Shown: positions 50,435 through 60,591, numbered from the stretch's first letter. The stretch: 64,000 nucleotides of DNA from Candidatus Multivoradales bacterium (GCA_965223155.1 CBDCVR010000013.1:512001-576000); one strand, 5' to 3'. Program-made: numbers and translations. Notes: a model not told the origin generated them from the sequence alone.

Positions 50435-53071
50435 CTAGCCGTCTAGCCTGGCCTTCAAGGTTTGGAGTAGGTTCAGCGCCGCCAGCGGCGACAGCCGCTC
50501 CAGATCCAGCTCGCGCAGGATCGACGCCACGATCTGCTCCGGAGGCGCAAACAGGGCGAGCTGACCTTCCAGAGACGCGTCGTCCGGTGAGGCGGCCAGC
50601 TTGGGCTTACCGGTGAGGTCGTACTCTCCCGCCTCCAGGTTGCTCAACACCTGAGCCGCCCGGGCGACCACCGACTCCGGAATGCCAGCCAGACGAGCCA
50701 CGTGGATGCCGTAGCTCTTGTCGGCGGAGCCCGGCATGACCCGGTGCAGGAAGACGATCTGATTGCGCCACTCCTTGACCGCCAGCGTGCGGTTGACGAC
50801 TCGGGGCAGCAGCACCGCGAGCTCGGTCAGCTCGTGGTAGTGGGTGGCGAACAGGGCCCTGGCTCCGGTCTCCTCGTGCAGGTGCTCCACGATCGCCCAG
50901 GCCAGAGACAGGCCGTCGAAGGTCGCGGTTCCCCGACCCACCTCGTCTAGGATGATCAGGCTGCGGCCGCTGGCGTTGTGGAGGATGTTCGCGGTCTCGG
51001 TCATCTCGACCATAAACGTCGACTCGCCGCGGGCCAGGTCGTCGCTGGCTCCAACTCGGGTAAAGATCCGGTCCACCACCCCGATCTCGGCCGACTTCGC
51101 GGGCACGAAGCTGCCCGTATGCGCCATCAGCACGATCAGAGCGCACTGGCGGAGATAGGTGGACTTACCGCCCATGTTGGGACCCGTCAGGACGATGATG
51201 TCGCCGGCTTCTCCGCCCAGCTCCAGGTCGTTGGGCACGAAGCTGTCCGAGGAGCTGGCTTCGACCACCGGGTGGCGGCCTTCGACGATATTCACGGGCT
51301 CGCCCGAAGGCAGCATGCGCGGACGGCTATAGCGGTTGCGTTCGGCGAGCTCGGCCAGAGCCGCCAGGACGTCGACCGAAGCCATCGCCGAAGCCAGGTC
51401 CTGGAGTCGGCCAGCGCTCGCCCCGATCCGCTGGACCAGCTCCGAGAAATGCGCGGCTTCGAGCTCGAGCTGGCGTCCCTCGGCTTCCAGGATCTCTTCC
51501 TCGAGCTCCTTGAGCTCCGGGGTCGCGTAGCGCTCGGCGTTGACGAGGGTCTGCTTGCGAACGTAGTGCTCCGGCACCAGGCTCTGGTTGGCCTTGGTGA
51601 CTTCGAGGTAGTAGCCGAAAACCTTGTTGTAGCGAATCTTGAGCGAGCCGATGCCGGTGCTCTCACGTTCCCGACCTTCCAGGGCGGCCAGGTGCTTCTT
51701 GCGGTCGCGCGCCAGCGACCGGCACCGGTCCAGCTCCTCGTCCACGCCGTCGGCAACGACGCCGCCCTTCTTGAGGGTCAAGGCCGGCTCCGGCGCCAGC
51801 ACCCGCCCCAGCTCGCCCGCCAGGTCGGCCAGCGGATCGACGGCGGCCAGCTCGGCAAGAAGGCTCGAGCGCGCCCCCTGGAGCTCGGCCAGAATGGCGG
51901 GCACCACGCCCAGGCCCCTGCGCAGGCCATCCGCTTCCCGCGGCGTCAAGGTGCCCAGCACCGCCCGGGTTGCCAACCGGGCCGGGTCGCCCAGAGACCG
52001 CAGCTCGCGCCGAATGCGCTCCCGGCGCTCGGCCTCGTCCAGGAGCTCGCCCACCGCTCCCTGCCGGAGCTCGATCGCCTCGACCGACTGCAAGGGCCTG
52101 AGCAGCCAGTCGGCGAGCCGCCGCGCCCCCGGCGCGGTCTCGGTCCGGTCCATCACCGCCAGCAACGAGCCCGCCGAACGGGAAGTCCGCAAGTTCTTGA
52201 GGAGCTCGAGGTTGGCGACCGTGGTCGGGTCGAGCTGAAGATGACCGTCGGCGGCGCGCACCGACAAGCCGCGGACATGGGGCAGCTCGCTACGCTGGGT
52301 CTCGCGGGCGTAGGCCAGAGCCAGGGCGGCGGCCGCGACTCCGGGGTGTCCCCGATCGACCAGGCCGAAACCCTTGAGCGAGCGCGTTCCGAAATGGCGG
52401 CACAGGAACGTGAACTCCTTGCCCCGCGGAAACCAGGCCGCGCCGCCGGCCTCGCTGACACAAATCTGGCTCTTGGCCGTCCAGTCTCCGAGCGGCTCGG
52501 GCAACGCTTCTTCGACGTGCACGAGCTCGGCCGGCCGCAGCGCCCGGAGGTCCTGGACCGCGGCGGCGCCATCGGTCCACTCACGCAGGAAGAAGTCGCC
52601 GGTGGAAACGTCCAGAAACGCGCCCGCGCCGATGCCCTCGTAGCCGCCGTTGCCTCGGGAACCTCGAAAGGCCACGCCGGCGAGCAGATTGGGCTGCCTG
52701 CTGGATAGCAGATCCAGGTCGCTCAACGTCCCGGGCGTGACGATGCGGGTCACCTCGCGCCTGACCAGGCCCTTGGCTTCGGCGGGATCCTCGACCTGAT
52801 CGCAGATGGCCACCTTGTACCCCGCCTTGAGCAGCTTGGCGAGATAAGCTTCGAGGGCGTGATGGGGAACGCCGCACATCGCCACTTCGCTTTCCTTGCC
52901 TTTGTGCCGGGCGGTCAAGGCCACCTCCAGGATCGGCGCCACCAGCTCGGCGTCCTCGAAGAAGATCTCGTAGAAATCCCCCATCCGATAGAGGACGATG
53001 GCGTCGGCGTGCTGCGCCTTGGTCTCGGCGTAGTGCCGGAGCATCGGCGTCAGCTTCGCTGGGGCGGGCAT
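50435..53071 (-). CDS. mutS: DNA mismatch repair protein MutS
   Basis: TPM, RMGDFYE, GPNMGGKST, STFMVEM, DEVGRGT and SYGIHVA. Confidence 0.98.
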   Translation of the reverse strand: MPAPAKLTPMLRHYAETKAQHADAIVLYRMGDFYEIFFEDAELVAPILEVALTARHKGKESEVAMCGVPHHALEAYLAKLLKAGYKVAICDQVEDPAEAKGLVRREVTRIVTPGTLSDLDLLSSRQPNLLAGVAFRGSRGNGGYEGIGAGAFLDVSTGDFFLREWTDGAAAVQDLRALRPAELVHVEEALPEPLGDWTAKSQICVSEAGGAAWFPRGKEFTFLCRHFGTRSLKGFGLVDRGHPGVAAAALALAYARETQRSELPHVRGLSVRAADGHLQLDPTTVANLELLKNLRTSRSAGSLLAVMDRTETAPGARRLADWLLRPLQSVEAIELRQGAVGELLDEAERRERIRRELRSLGDPARLATRAVLGTLTPREADGLRRGLGVVPAILAELQGARSSLLAELAAVDPLADLAGELGRVLAPEPALTLKKGGVVADGVDEELDRCRSLARDRKKHLAALEGRERESTGIGSLKIRYNKVFGYYLEVTKANQSLVPEHYVRKQTLVNAERYATPELKELEEEILEAEGRQLELEAAHFSELVQRIGASAGRLQDLASAMASVDVLAALAELAERNRYSRPRMLPSGEPVNIVEGRHPVVEASSSDSFVPNDLELGGEAGDIIVLTGPNMGGKSTYLRQCALIVLMAHTGSFVPAKSAEIGVVDRIFTRVGASDDLARGESTFMVEMTETANILHNASGRSLIILDEVGRGTATFDGLSLAWAIVEHLHEETGARALFATHYHELTELAVLLPRVVNRTLAVKEWRNQIVFLHRVMPGSADKSYGIHVARLAGIPESVVARAAQVLSNLEAGEYDLTGKPKLAASPDDASLEGQLALFAPPEQIVASILRELDLERLSPLAALNLLQTLKARLDG

Positions 53072-53166
53072 CGAGGCCGAAGTATAGCGGCGGTGTTGCC
53101 GGCAGTAGGGGTGGACGCCTTGGCACGGGCGTCCCGGCAGACAGGCACGGAAGGGGCGGCTAGGGC

Positions 53167-53859
53167 ATGAACGGAGGCACCGATCAAGACCTGGGCGCGG
53201 GCGAACCGGCGGCCTCCGGCGTCTGCCTCCTGGCTCTCGACGCGGGCTCGCCGGCCGCGAGCGTCGCGCTGGCCGTGGACGGCGGGGTCCGGCAGCGCTC
53301 GTTTCCCGGCCGCGAGGCATCGACCCGCATCCTCGGGGACGCGGAGGACCTGCTGGCCGGCGCCGGCAAGAGCCTGGCCGATGTCACCGGCCTGGTGGCA
53401 GTGCGGGGTCCCGGCAGCTTTACCGGACTGCGCATCACCCTGGCTACGGCCCTCGGCCTCCACCAGGCTCTCGGCTGCCCGGCGACGACGGTGACGACCT
53501 TCGAAGCGCTGGCCGCCCAGGGCGGACGGCGGGCTCCCGGCCGGGCGGCGATCGTCCAGGTGGACGCCCTACGCGGCGAGTGTTTCGTGCAACGTTTTGG
53601 CCCCGATGGCGCACCTCGAACCGAAGCGGAGCTCCGCCCTTGGGACGCGATCGCCGGCAGCGGCGACGAGGTGCATGTCGGCTTCGATCTCGCCGGCCGG
53701 CCGCTGCCGGCCGATGCCGAGATCCTGGCGGCCGAACCACTCGCCGCCGACGCCCTGGCCTGGCTGGGATCCCGGGAGACCAACCGCTGGGACGCGGCCA
53801 GCCTTTGCGATCCGCTGTACCTGCGCCCCCCGGCAGCCTCGCCCCCGCGGAGGCGATAG
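53167..53859 (+). CDS. tsaB: tRNA threonylcarbamoyladenosine biosynthesis protein TsaB
   Basis: LLALD, GPGSFTGLRI, DALRGE and PLYLR. Confidence 0.93.
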   Translation: MNGGTDQDLGAGEPAASGVCLLALDAGSPAASVALAVDGGVRQRSFPGREASTRILGDAEDLLAGAGKSLADVTGLVAVRGPGSFTGLRITLATALGLHQALGCPATTVTTFEALAAQGGRRAPGRAAIVQVDALRGECFVQRFGPDGAPRTEAELRPWDAIAGSGDEVHVGFDLAGRPLPADAEILAAEPLAADALAWLGSRETNRWDAASLCDPLYLRPPAASPPRRR

Positions 53860-53869
53860 TGGCACTCGC

Positions 53870-55267
53870 CTAGGCCGGCTTGTGACCGACCAGGCCGTAG
53901 TCCTGGAAGCCGAACAGAAGCTCGTCCAGTCGGTCCCGGATGGCGTTCATCCGGTCGGCCAGAGCGGCCTGCTCGGGAGCCACCGCCTCGACGTCGATCT
54001 CCGGCAGCCGGTCCTCGGCGGCAAACGGCTGGAGGTCGATCCGCTCCACCGGATCGAAACCGTTGAGCTCCATCAGCGTCTTCAAGCTCTCGGGATGCAC
54101 CGGCCGCTTGTGGGTCGGGTCCAGCCAGAACCGGCTGGCGCCCACGACCAGCGACGTGGGGTTGGGCGTCTCCAGCACCAGAACCCCGCCGGGCCGCAGT
54201 ACCCGCCAGGCCAACCGCACCAGCCGCTCCAGCTCCGCCGCGGGCAGGTGCTCGATGACGTGAAAGGAGACGACGCCACCCAAGGAGCTCTCGGACCGGG
54301 CTTCGAGAGCGCGAAAGAGGTCATCCACCTCGGCTTCCAGGCCCTTTTCCCGGCAGCGCTCCACCATCTCGACGTTGGCGTCCACGCCAGAGGCCTTGAT
54401 GCCGGCGGCCGCCAGCGCCGCCAGCGCCTCGCCGCGGCCACAGCCCAGATCCAAAACGTCCGTACGACCGCCGAGGACGTCGAGATACGGGTCCAGGCGC
54501 CCCCGGATGTCCTCCTCGCTGCCCCGGAATCGCGCCTCGAACTCCAGGTACTTCTCGTCGCGGACCGCCCGCGCGAGCTCCTGACCGGGTACCGCCTCGC
54601 CGCCGGTGCGCTCGGCCACCGCCAGCAGGCCGCTCAAGCGGCCCCAGCGCTCGCGCGAGAGCTCGCGGTAGCGGTCCAGCTTCTCGTCCAGGCGGGTAAA
54701 GAGAGCCACGGTGTGGTCCTTGACCTCGTCGTAGCCGTCGTTGTGGAACGACTCCAAGTGGGTCAGGCGCCCGTCGTGCGATTTCACGAACTCCTCCTGA
54801 GCGTGGACGTAGGCCATGATCTCGTCGTAGGTGACTTTGAGCTCGCGCTCCCCGACCTCGCGCAGCCGGTTCAGGTCTTCGAGCATCTCCCGCTGGATCT
54901 TCTGCAGATCCTGGCCGAGCACGGAAGTATCGCGGGCCACCTCGCCGATCCAGCGGTGGTGATCGGCGGTGGTGTCGCTCAATCGATCGCCGAGTTCGGC
55001 CATCCGCCGCAGCCCCTCTTCGAGCTGCTCCTGAACCACGAGATTGTAGGCTCGCTGCCGCTCCCAGAGGTCGGCCTGGGGGGCTCGCACCAGACCTCGC
55101 AGCGCCTTCTTGAGGAAAACGACGACGCGGCCGGCAAATCCCCGGTGGCTCTCGATCGGAAACTCGCGGTCCTCTTGCCAGAGCCGTCCCCAAGACCCGA
55201 GATCGCGGTTCGAGCCGCTCCTCAGACCCTGGAGATCCAGGTCGGGTTTTGGTTCCGTCGCCGTCAT
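53870..55267 (-). CDS. Coiled-coil + class I SAM-dependent methyltransferase (surface-glycan capping-like)
   Basis: Long heptad region, YLEFEARFRGS, VLDLGCGRG, FHVIEHL, LRPGG, FWLDPTH and LFGFQDYG. Confidence 0.88.
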   Translation of the reverse strand: MTATEPKPDLDLQGLRSGSNRDLGSWGRLWQEDREFPIESHRGFAGRVVVFLKKALRGLVRAPQADLWERQRAYNLVVQEQLEEGLRRMAELGDRLSDTTADHHRWIGEVARDTSVLGQDLQKIQREMLEDLNRLREVGERELKVTYDEIMAYVHAQEEFVKSHDGRLTHLESFHNDGYDEVKDHTVALFTRLDEKLDRYRELSRERWGRLSGLLAVAERTGGEAVPGQELARAVRDEKYLEFEARFRGSEEDIRGRLDPYLDVLGGRTDVLDLGCGRGEALAALAAAGIKASGVDANVEMVERCREKGLEAEVDDLFRALEARSESSLGGVVSFHVIEHLPAAELERLVRLAWRVLRPGGVLVLETPNPTSLVVGASRFWLDPTHKRPVHPESLKTLMELNGFDPVERIDLQPFAAEDRLPEIDVEAVAPEQAALADRMNAIRDRLDELLFGFQDYGLVGHKPA

Positions 55268-55348
55268 GAGAAAGCAGGGCGAGCCGCCACGGCCGCCGAA
55301 GACCCTACCACGGGCGGCGCGACTCCCAGGGCCGCTCGAAGGCTCCGC

Positions 55349-57619
55349 TCAGGAGTTGTGAACCGTGACCTCGCCCTGCCAGAGCGGCTCGCCATTCCAG
55401 CTCTCGAACCATACGGTGCCGGCCAGGTTGAGGTCCAGGACCAACTGATAGCGGCCAGGCTTGTCCGGGAGCCGGACCACCAGATCGGACACGAGGTCCT
55501 GTCCCCTGACCACGCGGCCCGGAAACCGTTGCAGGCGCGCTCCCACCGGCTTGTCACCATCTCGGCGGGGCAAGCGGTAGAGGCGGTACCCCAACAGGGT
55601 CGGCACCATGTCGGCGCTCGACCAGAAGCGAAGCCCGGTGTTGCGCACCCCCACGGGCAGGGTGATGCCGCCGGCGGCGGCGCCGGCAAGAGGCGGGACC
55701 TCTCCGATCGCGGCGTCGGGAGACCAGGCCACGCCCGAGAAGAACTTGGGCACGAGGCGCAAGGGCCCCAGGTAGTGAAAATCGGCAGCGCCGGCCTCAC
55801 CTCCATCGCCGCCACCCAAGTCCGACACCGAAAAACGATAGATCCGCGTCCAGGTGCGCTCTGGCGAACGAAACCAGTATCGATGACGCCGCCACACGGG
55901 ATCGACCGGTATCTCGAGCAGCGCCCAGCCGCCGCCTTCCCCGGCCTGCGTCGAAACCCGGACCGGAGCCGCGCCCGGGGTCCAGTACGAAACCTCGGCA
56001 GCAGCCGAGTCCACACGCGCCAGATAGCGCACGACGCCGTCCTCGCGCGAGCTCGCATGCACCAGCTCGGCGGCCGGATCACCGGCCCGGATCCGGAAGC
56101 CCGAGGGCGATAGCTGCGAGTAGGGATCCACAAAGCGGAAGAACTCGTTGGTCCAGTACACGTCGCGCCGGCCGTCCAGGTTCCGGGCGGTGGTCTCGTA
56201 CGGAAGCCACCGGAAGACGCCGGCGTAGGCGTGGTTCTGGCTCGAGGGCTCGGTCGCGGCGGTCCGCCGGGCCGACACCAGAGCCGAAGCAAAGACGACC
56301 ACGGCCACCAGCCAGACGCCCACGAGCACCCGCATTCCGGGCAGGCGCCTCGGCACGAAAACCAACGCCATCGCTCCGGTCAAGAAGTATCGATTGCCCA
56401 GAAACGTGCCGCCCCCGAAGTAGTTCTCGGGCATCCAGAGCAGGTAGAAGACCGCCAGGGCCAGCACCCCGGCGAGGCCCGCCCAGGCAAGCCGGTCGGG
56501 CCGCCGGAAGGCCCACAGCAGCAGCACCAGCGACGCTGGAAAATAGGTCAGGAGACCCGTGTGCCGGCCGGCCAGGAAGTAGAGGCCGACGACCCCGTTG
56601 GTCGCGAGCTCGAACTCCGGGACCAACCCGACCCGCTGCCGCGCCAGCGCCACGTCCTCGCTGAACTGGCGCAAGGCCCGCTCCGCCCCCTCCCCTGCCG
56701 GATAGCCGCTGGCGGGATTGAAGGTCGCGCGCACCGTCTTGTACGGCACCCAGGCTCCGGTCGCGGCCCGGTTGAGACCCAGCCCGAGGCCCGCCACCAG
56801 AGCCACTACGGCGCCCAGAAGCAGAGCCCGGCGCCAACGCCCGGCCAGCAGATACGCCAGCACCGGAATTGCGGCGAGCGCGAAGTTCGGGAAGCGCATC
56901 GCGCCGGCAAGAGTCAGGAGCACGACGCCGGCGACCGGCGCCCAACGATGCTCGAGCAGGCGATCGACCGGCCCCCGGTCAGTTCCATCCTCGCCCGTGC
57001 CGCGAAGCTGGGCCAGCGCCAGGGCCAGACCGGCCAGCACCAGCGAGGCCTGGAGCGAATCGCTCATGGTCCAGACCAGGTAGCCGCAGAAGACGCTGGT
57101 CCCGGCGAGGGTCACGACCCAGAGGCCGGCCGCCTGGGCGCCCTGCCGGCGCAGGCAACCGGCGGCGAGGAGGACCGCGGCGGCCGCGGCCACGATGTGG
57201 AACAGAATCAGTCCCGACGGACCCGCCACGAAAAACCAGGGCGCCGCCAAGATCGGATAGAGCACCGGCTTCGAATACGCCACGCGGTCGCCCGCCCGCT
57301 GCAGAATCACCGCTTGCCGCCCCTTCTCGGCGGCTTCCTCCAGACGCTCACGGTCCCTGGTGTCGAAGACCAGATCCCGGTCGAAGGCGGCGCTCTCGGT
57401 CATGGCCAGGAAAGTGCCCTCATCTCCACGTACCAGTCCCGCGCTGCCGCGGGCCTCGAACAGGATCAGATGGGCGAGCCCGACTGCGACGGCCAGGAGT
57501 GCTGGCAGCAGCCGGGCCGGGCGCCAAGCCCTCGCTCGGTACCGAGCTTGCTTCGACGGTCGGTCGGACGGCCGGGCCGGCGACGCGTCGGATTCCCGAG
57601 CTCTCAGAGAGTCCCCCAT
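55349..57619 (-). CDS. Polytopic membrane protein, GT-C-like, with C-terminal Ig-like domain
   Basis: GDE motif after TM1, about 10 TMs, GGGTFLGNRYF, and C-terminal VRNTG..W...PGRYQLVLDL. Confidence 0.65.
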   Translation of the reverse strand: MGDSLRARESDASPARPSDRPSKQARYRARAWRPARLLPALLAVAVGLAHLILFEARGSAGLVRGDEGTFLAMTESAAFDRDLVFDTRDRERLEEAAEKGRQAVILQRAGDRVAYSKPVLYPILAAPWFFVAGPSGLILFHIVAAAAAVLLAAGCLRRQGAQAAGLWVVTLAGTSVFCGYLVWTMSDSLQASLVLAGLALALAQLRGTGEDGTDRGPVDRLLEHRWAPVAGVVLLTLAGAMRFPNFALAAIPVLAYLLAGRWRRALLLGAVVALVAGLGLGLNRAATGAWVPYKTVRATFNPASGYPAGEGAERALRQFSEDVALARQRVGLVPEFELATNGVVGLYFLAGRHTGLLTYFPASLVLLLWAFRRPDRLAWAGLAGVLALAVFYLLWMPENYFGGGTFLGNRYFLTGAMALVFVPRRLPGMRVLVGVWLVAVVVFASALVSARRTAATEPSSQNHAYAGVFRWLPYETTARNLDGRRDVYWTNEFFRFVDPYSQLSPSGFRIRAGDPAAELVHASSREDGVVRYLARVDSAAAEVSYWTPGAAPVRVSTQAGEGGGWALLEIPVDPVWRRHRYWFRSPERTWTRIYRFSVSDLGGGDGGEAGAADFHYLGPLRLVPKFFSGVAWSPDAAIGEVPPLAGAAAGGITLPVGVRNTGLRFWSSADMVPTLLGYRLYRLPRRDGDKPVGARLQRFPGRVVRGQDLVSDLVVRLPDKPGRYQLVLDLNLAGTVWFESWNGEPLWQGEVTVHNS

Positions 57620-57658
57620 GGCGACGGCTGAGAATACTATTCCGCCGGCCGGCGCGGC

Positions 57659-57688
57659 TTGCCGGCACCTCCGACCCCCTGGTATCCT
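57659..57688 (+). promoter_or_regulatory. Sigma-70-like promoter upstream of structured leader / DUF465 gene
   Basis: TTGCCG-18 nt-TATCCT with a TGn extension. Confidence 0.55.
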
Positions 57689-57878
57689 GACGGCGTTCGC
57701 AGCGTTATGGTGGCTTTCACGAACAGGGTCACGCTCTTGGTGCCGCGCCGGCGAGGAGGGTGTCCAGCACCGTGACCACGGGGAGCCACATGCCGACGCC
57801 GCCGTGCTGTCTCGCCTATCCCTCGCCAAGACCCATCCCAACCACGGTCCATCGAAACCGCAAGGAGGAGCTCTGCCT

Positions 57879-58115
57879 ATGCCGGACTCTGGAAACGGCC
57901 TCCGCGACGAGTTGATCGCCACCGACGACGAATTTCGCCGCCTCTTCGAAGAGCATCAGAACTACGAACGGCGGCTCGAAGAGATCCACCGCAAGGCGTT
58001 CGCATCCCAGGACGACGAGTTCGAGATGAAGCAGATCAAGCTCCACAAGCTAGCTCTCAAGGACCGCATGGAGGCCATCCTGCACAGCCGGCGCGAGGCC
58101 AGCGTACCCGCGTAG
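57879..58115 (+). CDS. DUF465 / YdcH family protein
   Basis: FRRLFEEHQ...IKLHKLALKDRM; strong AAGGAGG SD. Confidence 0.85.
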   Translation: MPDSGNGLRDELIATDDEFRRLFEEHQNYERRLEEIHRKAFASQDDEFEMKQIKLHKLALKDRMEAILHSRREASVPA

Positions 58116-58328
58116 AGCCGGTCCACGAGAGCAAGACGCCGGCGGCGCAATCAGGCACCGCCAGCGTGCGCTCGACCGGCCGATAGATGACAGCGCCCTT
58201 GCCCGGACGCCGTCCGGCAGAGCGCTACGAGGAGTTCCTGCTCCCCAATCTCGGTCGGAACCCCTCCTCCGGCACTCCCATCCAAACCCGACGATCGCTC
58301 GTAACTGTCGCCGCATGACGGTCGCCCG

Positions 58329-58988
58329 ATGACTCTCGCGAAAGAGGCCTGGATTTTCGTCCTGCCGTTCCTGGCCCTGGCCGGCCTGGCCTGGCTCGCC
58401 TCGTGGCCCCGCTCCGCCGTCGGGCTACTGGTGACGGCGATCGCGGTGGCGGCCTTCTTCCGCGTCCCGGCCCGCTCCTACAACGGCCCCGACGACCTGA
58501 TCCTGGCCGCCGCCAATGGAGTGGTCACCGCGGTCGACGAGGTCGCCGTCCCGGAGCTGAACGGCCGGACCCATCGACGGATCGTGACCTTCTTGAGTGT
58601 CTTCAACGTCCACGTCCAGCGCGCGCCGATCGCCGGCACGGTGCGGTCGAGCACCTTCCGGCCCGGCCGCAAGGTCGCGGCCTTCCGCCCTGACGCCGGC
58701 GACGTCAACGAGAGCCACTTCGTTACTCTGGAAACGACCGGCGGAGGCGTCCTTGGGGTCAAGCAGATCGCCGGCCTCCTGGCCCGGCGAATCGTCAACG
58801 ACCTTCGGCCCGGAGATCGGGTCGTTCGAGGCCAGCGCATCGGACTCATCAAGTTCGGCTCGCGCGTGGATCTGTTCTTGCCCATCGACGCCGAGATCCT
58901 GGTTGGCGAGGGCGATCGGCTGGTCGAAGGCCTGACGGAAGTCGCCCGTCTACAAACCCCGGGCGCAGCGGAAGGTGAGGCGTCGTGA
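58329..58988 (+). CDS. psd: Phosphatidylserine decarboxylase proenzyme (short type)
   Basis: FFR.P.R, FLSVFNVHVQR, NE, QIAGLLARRI and GLIKFGSRVD cleavage site. Confidence 0.93.
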   Translation: MTLAKEAWIFVLPFLALAGLAWLASWPRSAVGLLVTAIAVAAFFRVPARSYNGPDDLILAAANGVVTAVDEVAVPELNGRTHRRIVTFLSVFNVHVQRAPIAGTVRSSTFRPGRKVAAFRPDAGDVNESHFVTLETTGGGVLGVKQIAGLLARRIVNDLRPGDRVVRGQRIGLIKFGSRVDLFLPIDAEILVGEGDRLVEGLTEVARLQTPGAAEGEAS

Positions 58989-59968
58989 AGAGCGTTGCAA
59001 TTTGGAACAGCGAAAGCCTTCTGGGCAATGAGCTCAAGGAGCAGCTCGCCGGGCGCCGCGATCTGTGGGAAGACCTCAAGCTGCTGGCCCCGGGCGGTGA
59101 CGATTCCGCCCGGGTGACCGACATCGGCGGCGAGGCCGCTTGGGTGCTGCCGGCCGACACCGAGGGCGCCACCGACGTGGACGTGCTTTTAGTGTGCCCG
59201 GCCCCCGACGGCGACAGCGGAGCGAAGACGCTGCCCGAGACCGGACCCACCACCACCACGATCTTGGTCTGCGGCGAGCGGCCCAACCCGGAGTTGCCCC
59301 AGTTGGTCGTCGGCGCCAACACGAGCGGCCTCGAGCCGGGCGCCATCGTCGCCAGCCCGCCGGCCACAGTGGTCTTAGCGGCACATCTCGCCCAAGCGCT
59401 TCAGCCGCTGGGCGTGATCGATCTGAGCCTGACCGCCCTCCTGCCGGCTTCGGGCCGGGACCAGGCCGGCGTCGACGAGCTCCTGGACCAGGCGCGCTCG
59501 TTGCTCTCCTTTCAGGAACGTCTACCGACTCGCGTTTTTGGGCGCCAGTTGGCTTTCAACCTGCTGTCCGAGCCCGGTCTCGGCCGAGAGCTGTCGCGCT
59601 CGCTCGCGAACGTGCTCTCAGAGACCGCTCTCGCGGTTCGTCTCCAGGCCATACTGGCGGGTAGCTTCCACGGCCTGAACCTGGCCGTGCAGGCGCGGCT
59701 GAACGACGCAGTCCAACCGGCCAAAGTCGAGGCCGCCCTGGCCTCGAGCCCCGTCTTCGAAGTCTCTGCCGAGACCTTCGCTCCAAGCCCTCTCGACGTT
59801 GGCGGCCGGCCCGTGGCCCTGCTGGGCGCCATCGAACCGGCCGGAGCCGGACCGAGCTCGGGAGATGGAATGGATGCAGTGCAGCTCCACGCGGTCGCGG
59901 ACAACCTCGCCCTATCGGCGGCCAACGCCGTCGGCCTCGCCGAGGCGCTGCTGATGGCCCGCAACTAG
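58985..59968 (+). CDS. Asd/Usg-like semialdehyde dehydrogenase homolog, apparently non-catalytic
   Basis: LVVGAN, FGRQLAFNLL and VADNL retained; the NPNC motif and Rossmann glycines are lost. Confidence 0.75.
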   Translation: MKSVAIWNSESLLGNELKEQLAGRRDLWEDLKLLAPGGDDSARVTDIGGEAAWVLPADTEGATDVDVLLVCPAPDGDSGAKTLPETGPTTTTILVCGERPNPELPQLVVGANTSGLEPGAIVASPPATVVLAAHLAQALQPLGVIDLSLTALLPASGRDQAGVDELLDQARSLLSFQERLPTRVFGRQLAFNLLSEPGLGRELSRSLANVLSETALAVRLQAILAGSFHGLNLAVQARLNDAVQPAKVEAALASSPVFEVSAETFAPSPLDVGGRPVALLGAIEPAGAGPSSGDGMDAVQLHAVADNLALSAANAVGLAEALLMARN

Positions 59969-60084
59969 CACTGCGGCGCGGGACGGCCTGGCGGCAGACG
60001 GCAGGCTCTTCCGCCAGCTAGCCTGCTCTCTCACCGGCGTTCGTCGCGAGAGGCCGCAACTGGCAGAGCGATGAGACGAGCAGA

Positions 60085-60591
60085 CTAGGCCTCGTCGGCG
60101 TGCGGATCGCCGCGGCGCTCGAGGTACTCCTCGACGCTCAGCAGCTTGTCTTCGCCGGCCATCTCGACCACGTCCAGCAGCTCGCTCATGGTCGTGACCT
60201 CTTCGAACTGCTCGTTGACAAACCAGTCCAGGAAGCGAGTCGCGATGTGGTTGCGGTCCTCGTTGGCGATGGTGACCAGATCGTAGATCTGTCCGGTGAC
60301 CCGCTTCTCGGACTCCAAGGCCAGAGCGACCGCGTCGCGGGCGGCGCCGAAGTCGCCAGTCGGGGCAGGGATGGCGGGAATGCTCAATTGGCCGTCGGAG
60401 TCCACGAGGAACTTCTGGAACCTCATGGCGTGGTCACGCTCTTCGTCCGCCTGGCGGTAGAAGAACGCCGCCAGGTTGCCGAGGCTGCGGCCATCGAAGT
60501 ACGAAGCGATGGCCACGTACTGCATGGAAGCGGCCATCTCGTGCCCGACTTGGGCGTTTAGGGCCTCGTTCAAGGTGTCACTCAACATCAT
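60085..60591 (-). CDS. Ferritin
   Basis: LNAQVGHE, QY, FFYRQADEERDHA, LESEK.VT and FLDWFVNEQFEE. Confidence 0.95.
   Translation of the reverse strand: MMLSDTLNEALNAQVGHEMAASMQYVAIASYFDGRSLGNLAAFFYRQADEERDHAMRFQKFLVDSDGQLSIPAIPAPTGDFGAARDAVALALESEKRVTGQIYDLVTIANEDRNHIATRFLDWFVNEQFEEVTTMSELLDVVEMAGEDKLLSVEEYLERRGDPHADEA

Noticed and set aside
57690-57805. Assignment of the hairpin as SRP or 6S RNA
   Set aside because: No SRP domain IV signature, and it is too short with no clear central bubble for 6S. Kept only as an unassigned structure.
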